Source: Burkholderiales bacterium (lineage in GTDB: Bacteria > Pseudomonadota > Gammaproteobacteria > Burkholderiales > Burkholderiaceae_C). Taken from it: a stretch of 63,668 bases of DNA. The DNA lies in NCBI GenBank assembly GCA_031404155.1, contig JANNGZ010000009.1:1-63668 (forward strand), given 5' to 3'. Below the pieces are notes generated by a model that ran no database searches, was not told where the DNA came from, and was given only the letters and a program-made list of their open reading frames with translations. A program made the position numbers and the translations under genes. This document shows, piece by piece, positions 35,783 through 44,803 of the stretch. Each line of letters begins with the position of its first letter. Positions within the stretch are counted from its first letter, which is position 1.

Positions 35783-37123
35783 ATGTTCTGGTACGACAAA
35801 GTGGTGTGGCAGGAGGGGATGTTTCTCCGCGCCCAGCATTTCCAACAGCAGGATCGACATGCGGCGCATCAGCTGGAGGCGCGCACTGCGCCGCTGCGTT
35901 CGCATCCCTGGGGGGTGACCGAGCTGTCGGTCGACCGCGACCTGCTGGCGGCGGGTCGCTTCGCGCTCTCGGCCGCCACCGGCGTGCTGGAGGACGGCAC
36001 GACCTTCTCCATTCCGGGAGCCGCGGACGCACCCTTGCCGCTGGACCTGCCAGAGGGAACGCGCAACGCCGTGGTCTACCTGGCACTGGCCCTGCGGCAA
36101 GACGGCAGCCCCGAGGTGAGCTCGGCGGCCCTCGGTCCCGACGGGGTGCGCGCGCGCTACGCACTGCACAGCTTCGAGGCTTACGACACCCACAGCGACA
36201 GCACCATTTCGGCCGAGCTCGGCGTTGGCCGTCCGCGCCTGCGCTACCTGCTCGACTCCGACGAACTGGCCGGTTACTCGTGCCTGGGTCTGGCCCGCGT
36301 GGTTGAAGTCCAGGCCGACCGGCGCGTGCAGTTGGACGACCGGTTCATTCCGCCGTGCTTGCGCATCTCGGCCACCACCGTGCTGAGCAATCTCACCGCC
36401 GAGCTCGTGGGCATGCTCGGCCAGCGCGCCGAAGTGCTGGCCGGAAGGCTGGGCCAGCCCGGCACCCGCGGCGTGGCCGACGTTGCCGACTTCCTGCTGC
36501 TGCAGGCGGTGAACCGCTGGCAGCCGCTGCTCGCGCACTGGGCGGATTCGGGCAATCTGCATCCGGAGTCGTTGTTCTCGGCGCTGGTTCAGTTGGCGGG
36601 GGAACTGGCCACGTTCACCGCGCCGAACAAGCGCGCCAGCGCCTATCCGGCCTACCGCCACGACGACCTGCAACGCAGCTTCGCCCCGGTCGTCGCCGAT
36701 CTGCGGCGCTCCTTGTCCGCGGTCCTGGAAACCAATGCCGTCTCCATTGCGCTGCAGGAAAAGGGCCACGGTGTCCGTGTCGGCGCACTCACCGACCGCA
36801 CCCTGTTGCGAGGGAGCCAATTCGTGCTCACCGTCTCGGCGGACCTGCCCGGCGAGCAACTGCGTCGGCTGTTCCCCAGCCAGGTCAAGATCGGCGCGGT
36901 GGAACATATCCGGGAGCTGGTGAATGTGTCCTTGCCGGGCATCGCGGTGCGCGCCTTGCCCGTGGCGCCGCGACAGATTCCGTTTCACGCCTCGGCGGCC
37001 TACTTCGAACTCGACCGCGGCAGCCCGCACTGGCAGCAAATGCAGACCTCGGGCGGATTTGCGATCCACGTCTCGGGTGACTTCCCGAATCTGAGCGTCG
37101 AGTTATGGGCGATCCGCGCATGA
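35783..37123 (+). CDS. tssK: T6SS baseplate protein TssK (ImpJ)
   Basis: 446 aa. V.W.EGMFLRAQHFQQQDR is the canonical TssK N-terminus. Confidence 0.9.
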   Translation: MFWYDKVVWQEGMFLRAQHFQQQDRHAAHQLEARTAPLRSHPWGVTELSVDRDLLAAGRFALSAATGVLEDGTTFSIPGAADAPLPLDLPEGTRNAVVYLALALRQDGSPEVSSAALGPDGVRARYALHSFEAYDTHSDSTISAELGVGRPRLRYLLDSDELAGYSCLGLARVVEVQADRRVQLDDRFIPPCLRISATTVLSNLTAELVGMLGQRAEVLAGRLGQPGTRGVADVADFLLLQAVNRWQPLLAHWADSGNLHPESLFSALVQLAGELATFTAPNKRASAYPAYRHDDLQRSFAPVVADLRRSLSAVLETNAVSIALQEKGHGVRVGALTDRTLLRGSQFVLTVSADLPGEQLRRLFPSQVKIGAVEHIRELVNVSLPGIAVRALPVAPRQIPFHASAAYFELDRGSPHWQQMQTSGGFAIHVSGDFPNLSVELWAIRA

Positions 37124-37302
37124 GCCCGCCGGGCCGCCCCAAGGGCGAATACCGAAGTGCGCAGCACGGAGGTACACCAGTGAGCCCGCCGGGCCGCCCC
37201 AAGGGCGAATACCGAAGTGCGCAGCACGGAGGTTGCCTGATGAGCCCGCACGGCCGCCCGAAGGGCGACAGCACCGAAGTACGCAGTACGGAGGTTGCCT
37301 GA
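37121..37302. repeat. three tandem copies (60, 60, 62 bp) of the junction element between tssK and tssL
   Basis: Copies at 37121-37180, 37181-37240 and 37241-37302. Copies 1 and 2 are identical except for their last approximately 8 nt. Each carries hairpins CGCCC-caa-GGGCG and GTGC-gca-GCAC and ends in GGAGGT. Together they form an open mini-ORF from 37120 to 37302. Confidence 0.9.
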
Positions 37303-38684
37303 TGAGCGACAACCCCTTCAGCGAACCCGACGACGACGATCGCACCATCATCCGAAGCTCCGGCGGCGCGAAGCCTTCGCTGCGACCGCCGGCCGCAGCG
37401 CCGCTGCGCACCGCCGCGCCGTTTCCGCCGCCGCCCGCACCGATGGCGCAGCGTCTGGCAGGCGAAGCCGAAGCGCTGCCCAGCGTGGGCATCTCGCCGA
37501 TTGCCGCCGCCGCCGCACCGCTGCTCGACCTGCTCGGCCGCATCGGCGCCGGCGCTCAGGCCACACAGGTGAACAACGTCGAAGAACTGCGCGAGCGCGC
37601 GGTCCGCGAGTTGCAGGCCTTCGAAGCCCGCTGCACCGCGGCCCATGTCGCGGAGGACCAGCTTCGTGCATCGCACTACGCGCTCTGCGCCGCACTCGAC
37701 GACGTGGTGCTGGCCACCCCCTGGGGCCAGTCGAGCAGCTGGGGCACACGTTCGCTCAGCTCCACGTTCCACCAGGATGTGCGTAGCGGCGAGCGCTTCT
37801 TCGACCTTCTCGGCGGCATGCAGAAGGACCCCGGGCGTTACCGCGCGGCGCTCGAGATCTGCTACTTGTGCCTCTCGGTGGGATTTCGCGGCCGCTACCG
37901 TCTGGACAGTCGTGGCAACGCCGAAATCGATCGCATGCGCGAAGGGCTTTACCAGCTGCTCAGTCAATTGCGGGGCGGCTGGGAGCGCGAACTGTCGCCG
38001 CGGTGGCGCGGCGTGGATGCGCCGCACCGCGGCCCCGGGCGCAGCGTTCCGGCCTGGGTCGCGGCAGCGGTGGCGCTGGCCGTGCTCGCCTTCGGCTACA
38101 TGCTGGTCGCCAACTCGGTGAACAACACCGGCGATGCGCTTCAGCAGCGCCTGGTGCAGTTGCCACCAGCCACCTTGCCGACCATCGAGCGCAGCGCGCC
38201 GCTGATCGCACCGGCTGCGGCGCCGCCGTCCGGGCCCGACCTGGTCGCGACGATCAGCCAGTTTCTGCAACGCGAGGTCCGCGACGGCCTGGTCGTGGTG
38301 CAGGGCGACATGCAGCGCGTGCTGATCCGCGTCAAGGGCCGCGGCATGTTCGCTTCCGGCATGGCCGATGTCGAGCCGAGCTTCGTCGCGCTGCTGCAGC
38401 GCATCGGCGAAGCCTTGAAGGCCGAACCGGGCCAGGTCATGGTGCTCGGTCATTCCGACAACCAGCCGATTCGAACCGTGCGCTTCCCGTCCAATTTCCA
38501 GCTCTCGGCCGCACGCGCTGACTCGGCGAAGAACATCCTGTCCGCGGCGACCGGCCAGCCTGCGCGTTTCGCCTCGGCCGGACGGGCCGACAACGAGCCG
38601 CTGAAGTCCAATGCAACGCCCGAGGGCCGGGAAGACAACCGGCGCATCGAGATCCTGTTGTCGCGCAGCGGGGGCGCCCGGTGA
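37302..38684 (+). CDS. tssL: T6SS membrane-complex protein TssL (DotU/ImpK) with C-terminal OmpA-like peptidoglycan-binding domain
   Basis: I chose the ATG at 37302 (MSDNPFSEPDDDDRTIIR), preceded by GGAGGTTGCC. DotU region (A.YALCA.LDD.VL.TPWG...W...SL...FH.....GE.FF..L), one TM helix, then GHSDN.PI......SN..LS.ARA......L............GR....P........GR..NRR.EI. Confidence 0.85.
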   Translation: MSDNPFSEPDDDDRTIIRSSGGAKPSLRPPAAAPLRTAAPFPPPPAPMAQRLAGEAEALPSVGISPIAAAAAPLLDLLGRIGAGAQATQVNNVEELRERAVRELQAFEARCTAAHVAEDQLRASHYALCAALDDVVLATPWGQSSSWGTRSLSSTFHQDVRSGERFFDLLGGMQKDPGRYRAALEICYLCLSVGFRGRYRLDSRGNAEIDRMREGLYQLLSQLRGGWERELSPRWRGVDAPHRGPGRSVPAWVAAAVALAVLAFGYMLVANSVNNTGDALQQRLVQLPPATLPTIERSAPLIAPAAAPPSGPDLVATISQFLQREVRDGLVVVQGDMQRVLIRVKGRGMFASGMADVEPSFVALLQRIGEALKAEPGQVMVLGHSDNQPIRTVRFPSNFQLSAARADSAKNILSAATGQPARFASAGRADNEPLKSNATPEGREDNRRIEILLSRSGGAR

Positions 38685-41600
38685 AGGCGGTTTGGGCGGC
38701 ATTGATCTCGGTGGCCGGGCTGGGTGGCCTGGTCGGCGCGCTCTTGCTTTGCGCGGTGATCTGGTTCTTCGCGCCGGCCCTGCTCGGCGTGAGGTCGCTG
38801 GCCTTGCTCGCACTCCTGGCCGCGTTGCCGCTGCTGATCTGGCTGCTGGTGCTGGTGTGGCTGGTTCGGCGCCGCCAGAAGCGCGACGCCGCGCTGGTGG
38901 CCGGCGCGTCCCAGGCCGCTGAAAAGCCGGACGACAAGACCGTCAAGGCCGGCGCCGCGGCCGCTGCGGCGGCCGAGGAAGAGCGTGCGGTGGGCAGCCG
39001 CCTGGCCGAGGCGCTGAACGCGATGAAGGCGACCAGTGCCAGCAAGGGCGGCTACCTCTACGAGCGGCCCTGGTACGTGATCATCGGCCCGCCAGGCTCA
39101 GGCAAGACCACCGCCATCCGCAACTCCGGTCTCGGCTTCCCGCTGGAGGCGGGCCGCGTGGCCGGTGTCGGCGGCACGCGCAATTGCGACTGGTGGATTT
39201 CGGAACAGGCGGTGTTGATCGACACGGCCGGGCGCTACACCACGCAGGACAGCGACGCCGCGTCCGACAGGGCAGGCTGGGAGCGCTTCCTCGACCTGCT
39301 TCGCCGCCAACGACCCCGCCTGCCACTGAACGGCGTGGTGGTGGCCTTCGGTGCGGACATGCTCAGCCGGCTCGACCAGGCCGGACGAGAACTGCATGCC
39401 CAAGCGGTGCGGCGGCGGGTGCGTGAACTCGAACTGAAACTCGGCCAGCGCCTGCCGATCTACTTTCTGGTCAGCAAGGCGGACCTCATCGTCGGGTTCA
39501 CCGAGTTCTTCGACGACCTCGACCGCGATGGGCGCGCTCAGGTCTGGGGCTTGACCTTGCCCGCCGAGCCGGCGGCCGAAGGGCAAGTCGGCAAGTTTGC
39601 GGGCGAGTTCGCGGGCCTGGTGCAACGGCTGCAGGACCGCCTCCTGGAGCGATTGCAGGCCGAGCGCGGGCCAGAGCAACGTGTGCGCATCGCCGGCTTT
39701 CCGGCTCAGTTCGCATCGCTCGAGCCGCCGTTGGCGGCCTTCATCCAGGCCGCGTTCGGCGGCTCCAAACTCGATCCCGCGCCCTTCTTGCGCGGTGTGT
39801 ACTTCACCTCGGGTACCCAGGAGGGCACCCCGATCGACCGCTTGACCGGTGCGCTTTCGCGAGCCTTCGGCCTGGACTCGCGCCGTCCCGCGGCGGTGAT
39901 GGGTCAAAAGGGGCGCAGCTACTTCCTCGGCCGGCTGCTGCGCGAACTCGTCTTCAACGAGGCCCGGCTCGCTGCGCTCGACCGCGGTCAGGAACGTCGC
40001 ACTCGCTTCATCCAGATCGGTGCCTGGAGCTTGGCAGCGCTGGCCGTCATAGGCGGCGCCGTGTGGGCCTGGTCGGCCATGAAGGCCGAAACAGCGCGTG
40101 CAGAGCGGTTCGCTGCTGCCCTCGAAAGCGCCACGACCTCTTCGCAGAACTTGCCGCTCGACAGGATCACCGCGAGCGACGATCTCGTGCGCGTGCTCGC
40201 CTACCTCGATCGCGTGCGCGATGTTCCTCCGGCGTCCGCAGGCAAGGGCGGCGGCCTCGGCCTGAGCCAGGAAGACAAGCTTCTGAGCGCCGGGCAACTG
40301 GCCTACAAGCGCGCCCTGGAGCGGGTGCTGCTGCCGCGCCTCATGTCCCGGCTGGAGTCCCAACTCCGGGCCAGCATGCAGAACCCGGCGTATCTCTACG
40401 TCGCCACCCGCGTGTACCTGATGCTCGGCCGGCAGGGCCCGCTGGATCAGCCGTTGATCAAGGAGTGGATGGCGCTGGACTGGGAGCAGGCCTACCCCGG
40501 CGTGGTGGGTGCGCCCTTCCGCGATGCGCTCGGCGGCCATCTGCAGGCGGCCTTGGCCGAGGCCGCCAAGCCCGAGGGCCTGGAGAGCGTCGCGCTCGAT
40601 GGTGCCTTGATCGACCAGGCCCGCCGTGTGTTCTCGCGCCTGCCGATGTCAGAGCGTGTCTACGCCAGGATGCGCGGCACGGCCAGCGACGCTGCACCTT
40701 GGCGCGCGGCCGCGGTCGTCGGACCGGCTGGCCAGCGCCTGTTTACGCTGAAGGGCAAGCCCTTGACCGAGGCTGCCGTGCCAGGCCTGTTTACCGTGGA
40801 AGGACTGCACCGCACGTTTCTGCCGCGCCTGCCCCAGGCGATCCGCGAAGCCGCTTCCGAGAGCTGGGTGCTCGGCCCGGAGGCGGCAGCCACGGCATCC
40901 GACCCGCGGCAACTCGAGGGCGCGGTGCTGCGCTTGTACGCCGAGGATTACGTGAAGGCCTGGCAAGACATGCTCGGCAGCATCGACCTGGTGCCCTTCA
41001 GCAGCCTGACGCAGGCGGCCGAGGCCTTGAACATCCTGGGGGCTCCAAATTCGCCGATGCGCGACTTGCTGCAAAGCGTTGCCCGACAACTCTCGCCGAG
41101 CAAGCCGCCGACGGCGCCTGCCGCTGCGGCTTCGGCGGCCGCAGGCGCCGCCCAGGCCGCGGCGAGCGCGGCGATGGCCGCGGTGGCGGGCAAGTCCGCT
41201 GCCACCAGCCGCGTGGCCGAAGCGCTCGGGGTCAAGCTGGGGCAACCCGCGCCGGAGACGGTCGTCGCCGAGATCGTCGAAGCGCGGTTCCGCCCGCTGC
41301 GCGAGATTTCCGGCAAACCGCTCGACGGCATTCTCGCGGTGATGAGCGAGCTCTACGCCGAAGTGGCCAAGCTCGCCGCCGCACCGCCCGGCGGCCCGCC
41401 GCCGCCTGCGGCCCCCGGGCTGGACCCCGGGCAACGGCTGGCCGGCGAGGCGCAGCGCGCGCCGGAGCCGCTGTCCCGGTGGCTCCAGGTGGCAGTGCGG
41501 TCCGCGGGTGTGCAGCGATCCGGGGGCACCCGGGCCGCGGTGGCGGCGGCCGGGGCGCAGCAGTTGGCGCCGTTCTGCCGCGGCGTCGAGACGCGCTTCC

Positions 41601-42241
41601 CATTCCGTCAGGACGCCAGCGCACCGGACATGCCGATGGACGATTTCGCCCGGCTCTTCGGCCCGGGCGGCGTTTTCGACCAGTTGTTCGCGCAGACCTT
41701 GCGCAACCACGTGGACACGCGGCAGAAGCCCTGGCGTACCGTGGCCGTCGAAGGCTCGCCATCGCCGGTCGCCGCGGCCGACATCGCCCAGTTCCAGCGT
41801 GCCGCCACGATCCGCGACGCCTTCTTCCCCGCGCCCTTGCCCGGGCAGCCCCCTTCGGCATTGCGGTTCGAGCTCCTGCCGCTGGCCCTGAACCCGGCCG
41901 GGCGCGGCGCCACCTTGGAGGCCGACGGCGTCAAGACCGTGATTGCACCGGGTGCCGCCGGGGCCAGGGCGGTGCCGCTGCAATGGCCCTCACGCGGGGC
42001 CGTCAGCCTGAGCTTCGACGGCGACGCGCCGGGCGCGGGCCTGTTGAACGACGGCCCGTGGGCGGCACTGCGTTTCGTGTCGCGGGGGCGGCTTGCCGCC
42101 ACCAACACTCAAGACCGATTTCGTCTCAGCATCCAGCAAGGCGAGCGTTCGGCCGAGTTCGAGTTGCGCACCGGTTCGATCGTGCACCCCTTCATGCTGC
42201 GTGAACTCGCAGAGTTCCGCTGCCCGAAGCTGGCTCCGTGA
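38681..42241 (+). CDS. tssM: T6SS membrane-complex protein TssM (IcmF/ImpL)
   Basis: 1186 aa. GTG start overlapping the tssL stop (GTGA), N-terminal TM helices, Walker A GPPGSGKTT, and IcmF-related central and C-terminal regions. Confidence 0.95.
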   Translation: MKAVWAALISVAGLGGLVGALLLCAVIWFFAPALLGVRSLALLALLAALPLLIWLLVLVWLVRRRQKRDAALVAGASQAAEKPDDKTVKAGAAAAAAAEEERAVGSRLAEALNAMKATSASKGGYLYERPWYVIIGPPGSGKTTAIRNSGLGFPLEAGRVAGVGGTRNCDWWISEQAVLIDTAGRYTTQDSDAASDRAGWERFLDLLRRQRPRLPLNGVVVAFGADMLSRLDQAGRELHAQAVRRRVRELELKLGQRLPIYFLVSKADLIVGFTEFFDDLDRDGRAQVWGLTLPAEPAAEGQVGKFAGEFAGLVQRLQDRLLERLQAERGPEQRVRIAGFPAQFASLEPPLAAFIQAAFGGSKLDPAPFLRGVYFTSGTQEGTPIDRLTGALSRAFGLDSRRPAAVMGQKGRSYFLGRLLRELVFNEARLAALDRGQERRTRFIQIGAWSLAALAVIGGAVWAWSAMKAETARAERFAAALESATTSSQNLPLDRITASDDLVRVLAYLDRVRDVPPASAGKGGGLGLSQEDKLLSAGQLAYKRALERVLLPRLMSRLESQLRASMQNPAYLYVATRVYLMLGRQGPLDQPLIKEWMALDWEQAYPGVVGAPFRDALGGHLQAALAEAAKPEGLESVALDGALIDQARRVFSRLPMSERVYARMRGTASDAAPWRAAAVVGPAGQRLFTLKGKPLTEAAVPGLFTVEGLHRTFLPRLPQAIREAASESWVLGPEAAATASDPRQLEGAVLRLYAEDYVKAWQDMLGSIDLVPFSSLTQAAEALNILGAPNSPMRDLLQSVARQLSPSKPPTAPAAAASAAAGAAQAAASAAMAAVAGKSAATSRVAEALGVKLGQPAPETVVAEIVEARFRPLREISGKPLDGILAVMSELYAEVAKLAAAPPGGPPPPAAPGLDPGQRLAGEAQRAPEPLSRWLQVAVRSAGVQRSGGTRAAVAAAGAQQLAPFCRGVETRFPFRQDASAPDMPMDDFARLFGPGGVFDQLFAQTLRNHVDTRQKPWRTVAVEGSPSPVAAADIAQFQRAATIRDAFFPAPLPGQPPSALRFELLPLALNPAGRGATLEADGVKTVIAPGAAGARAVPLQWPSRGAVSLSFDGDAPGAGLLNDGPWAALRFVSRGRLAATNTQDRFRLSIQQGERSAEFELRTGSIVHPFMLRELAEFRCPKLAP

Positions 42242-42295
42242 GGCGGTAGCCGGCCGGCTCGGTTCCACGATCACGCGCCAACGGGGACCCGCGGC

Positions 42296-43537
42296 ATGAC
42301 AGGCGTCTACGGCAAGTTGCCGTCGCATGGCGACTTCGTCTTGCGTGAGCTTCCTCAGGACTTCGTGCAGCCTTGGGACCAGTGGCTGCAGGCTGGCCTG
42401 GTCCAGGCGCAGCGGGTGCTGGCGCAAGATTTTGCCGACGTTTGGGCGGCAGCGCCGCCGTGGCGCTTTCGCCTCCCACCGGGCAGTTGCGGCGATCGGG
42501 CTGTCGCCGGCGTTCTGCTGCCCAGCGAAGACTCCAGCGGACGGCAGTTCCCGCTGACGCTCGCCGCCTTGCTCGCGCCGGGCACGGCCGCGCCAGACAG
42601 CGCGTGGTACGCAGCGCTGGAGACGCTCGGTTGCACGGGGCGTGACCGCGGCGATTCGGTGGATGAATTGTTCGCCGCCTTGCCCTCCACCACCGCAGGC
42701 GGCTCGCCTTCCGTTGACGAAGAGGTTCCCGGCGAAGGCTGGTGGACAGACGAGCAGCAGCGCTGGGACCTCGCAGCCCTGCCGTCGGCCGCGCAGTTTC
42801 AGGCGCTGCTCCAAGGTGGCAGTACGGGCTATCAGCTGGTGTCTTTGGCGTTCAGCCATCGCGGCACGGTCCGCACACGCAACGAGGACGCCTTCGTCGA
42901 CCGTGCGGACATCGGGCTGTGGGCGGTTGCCGATGGTGCCGGGGGCCACGGCGCGGGTGACGTCGCATCGGCCGCGGTCATCGGCGCGCTCGCGGACCTC
43001 CCGCCGGGGCTGTCGGCAGCGGAAATGTTGGCTCAGGTGCGCCTGCGCATCGGCGCCGTCCATACCGCGCTCCAGCGCCGCGGTGAGGAGAGCGCCAACC
43101 GTGACCTCGTGGCCAGCACGGTGGTGGTGCTGCTGGCGCGCGGCACCCACTTCGCCTGCCTCTGGGCCGGAGATTCACGGGCCTACCTGCTGCGGGAGGG
43201 CCGCCTGTGTCAGGTGACGCGCGACCACAGCGTGGTGCAGGAGATGGTCGAGGCGGGCGCGCTGGCACCGGAGGATGGTGAGAAGCATCCGCAGGCGAAC
43301 ATCATCACGCGGGCCGTCGGGGCCGAAGACGCGCTCGATCTGGACAAAGTCTCGGGCCGCCTCGTGGCGGGCGACCGGCTGATGCTGTGCAGCGACGGCC
43401 TCTACAAGGCCCTGGCAGAGAGCGACATTGAAACCCGGCTTGCGGCCGGTGACGGACCCGATGAACTCGTTGCCGCGGCGCTGGCGGCCGGCGCGCGCGA
43501 CAACGTCACCGCCGTGGTCGTCAGCGCAGTCGTCTGA
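42296..43537 (+). CDS. TagF (DUF2094) - PppA (PP2C Ser/Thr phosphatase) fusion protein
   Basis: The N-terminus (GVYGKLPSHGDFV.R.LP..F...WD.WLQ) is the TagF signature. The C-terminal half (RTRNEDAF......LWAVADGAGGH..G..AS ... LCSDGL......D) carries PP2C motifs. Confidence 0.85.
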   Translation: MTGVYGKLPSHGDFVLRELPQDFVQPWDQWLQAGLVQAQRVLAQDFADVWAAAPPWRFRLPPGSCGDRAVAGVLLPSEDSSGRQFPLTLAALLAPGTAAPDSAWYAALETLGCTGRDRGDSVDELFAALPSTTAGGSPSVDEEVPGEGWWTDEQQRWDLAALPSAAQFQALLQGGSTGYQLVSLAFSHRGTVRTRNEDAFVDRADIGLWAVADGAGGHGAGDVASAAVIGALADLPPGLSAAEMLAQVRLRIGAVHTALQRRGEESANRDLVASTVVVLLARGTHFACLWAGDSRAYLLREGRLCQVTRDHSVVQEMVEAGALAPEDGEKHPQANIITRAVGAEDALDLDKVSGRLVAGDRLMLCSDGLYKALAESDIETRLAAGDGPDELVAAALAAGARDNVTAVVVSAVV

Positions 43538-43579
43538 AGGCCGCCATGCTGACTGGCTGGCTCGATTCCTGCCGCTGCT

Positions 43580-44524
43580 TCAGCGACGCTCGGCCCATTC
43601 CATCCGTGGTGCACCGTCGAGGAAGCGGCGCCGCATCGAGTCCAGCGTCCTCTCGTCGACGCCGAGGTCGGCCGCGCTGAAGGCGCGGGGGTCGGTGGAA
43701 TGCATCAGGAAGGCCTGTGCCTCGTTGATCATCAGCTCGTTGTCGCGCGGGTTGTAGCCGCGGCGCTCCAGATAGGCGACGAAGCGCTCGCGCTCGGCAG
43801 CGGTCAGCCGCTCGTGCCAGAAGCGACGGCAGTGGTCGGCATAAGCCGGCGTCGTGAAGTAGACGCCGTGGCTGAGTTCGTGGCGGGCGACGGACGCGCG
43901 CATCGCCGCGTCGAGGTCGGTGCCGGGCTGCGCGCGCGTGAAGGTGATCAGCACCGACGACGGCTGCCGAGCGCCTTGCTCGGCCTCGCCGTTCGACGCC
44001 AGCAGGCCGTGCCGCCGCAGGATCGACTCCAGCTGGCGCTCCTCGGCCGTCAGCACGATGTTCTGGCGCCCGGCGAGCGCGAAGAAGCGTCGAAGGTTTT
44101 GCGCCGTCTGGTCGTGGCCGTAGTAGAAGGTCTCGGGTGTCAGCTTCTGGCGTGCGATCAACGCGGACAGTTCAGCGTCATCGAGCACACGATCGCGCGG
44201 CGCGTCCGGCTGCTCGACGAGCGCGGCGGCGCGGTTGAGGGCTCGTGCCTGCGCCCGCAGGTCGGGGAACTGGATCACCAGCAATTCCGGATGGCTGTGC
44301 AGGCGGGCGAGTTGCCATCCCTCCGCCGGCGCTTGCGCCAACAGTTGCGTCAAGCTCAGCCGGGGCAAGGCGTCCGTCACCGAAGCGCGCGACCAGAGCC
44401 AAGCGGCCCAGAAAATGCCGCCCAGCACGACGGCCACTGCCAGAACAAACATCGCCTGGATCAGGCGACGTCGGGCGGAAGCTGTGACCACGGCCGCACC
44501 AACTGCGGCTTCACGCTCGAACAT
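43580..44524 (-). CDS. membrane-anchored hypothetical protein with HExxH motif (putative zinc metallopeptidase-like)
   Basis: 314 aa. N-terminal TM helix (LIQAMFVLAVAVVLGGIFWAAWLW) and VARHELSHGVYF in the C-terminal half. It is convergent with tagF-pppA across a 42-bp gap. Confidence 0.55.
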   Translation of the reverse strand: MFEREAAVGAAVVTASARRRLIQAMFVLAVAVVLGGIFWAAWLWSRASVTDALPRLSLTQLLAQAPAEGWQLARLHSHPELLVIQFPDLRAQARALNRAAALVEQPDAPRDRVLDDAELSALIARQKLTPETFYYGHDQTAQNLRRFFALAGRQNIVLTAEERQLESILRRHGLLASNGEAEQGARQPSSVLITFTRAQPGTDLDAAMRASVARHELSHGVYFTTPAYADHCRRFWHERLTAAERERFVAYLERRGYNPRDNELMINEAQAFLMHSTDPRAFSAADLGVDERTLDSMRRRFLDGAPRMEWAERR

Positions 44525-44803
44525 GGATCAACTCCCGGCGCGATGCTGCGGGTAGAAGTGAACGGCCAGCCTGAGCTGTCTTGAATCTGCAGCCCGCTGC
44601 GCTGCCCACAACGGCTCCGTTCGATTCGGCTCGGCGCGGGATGGTCGCATGGATTGCATGCTTCGTGGTCGCGCGGTTGTGCCCGGAAGCACCGGCGGAA
44701 GCCGCGCTTGATCCGTTGGTCGAAGGGTCGTGCTGTCGGGGCCTGCCAGGTTCGCATGCGAGATCGGCGGCTTGCCGCGCGCAAGCCAGGGGTCCGCGCG
44801 TCC

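Noticed and set aside
37121-37302. Possible CRISPR array (three direct repeats)
   Set aside because: The 60-bp units are directly contiguous with no spacers, there are only three copies, and there are no cas genes. This is a tandem duplication of an intercistronic element.
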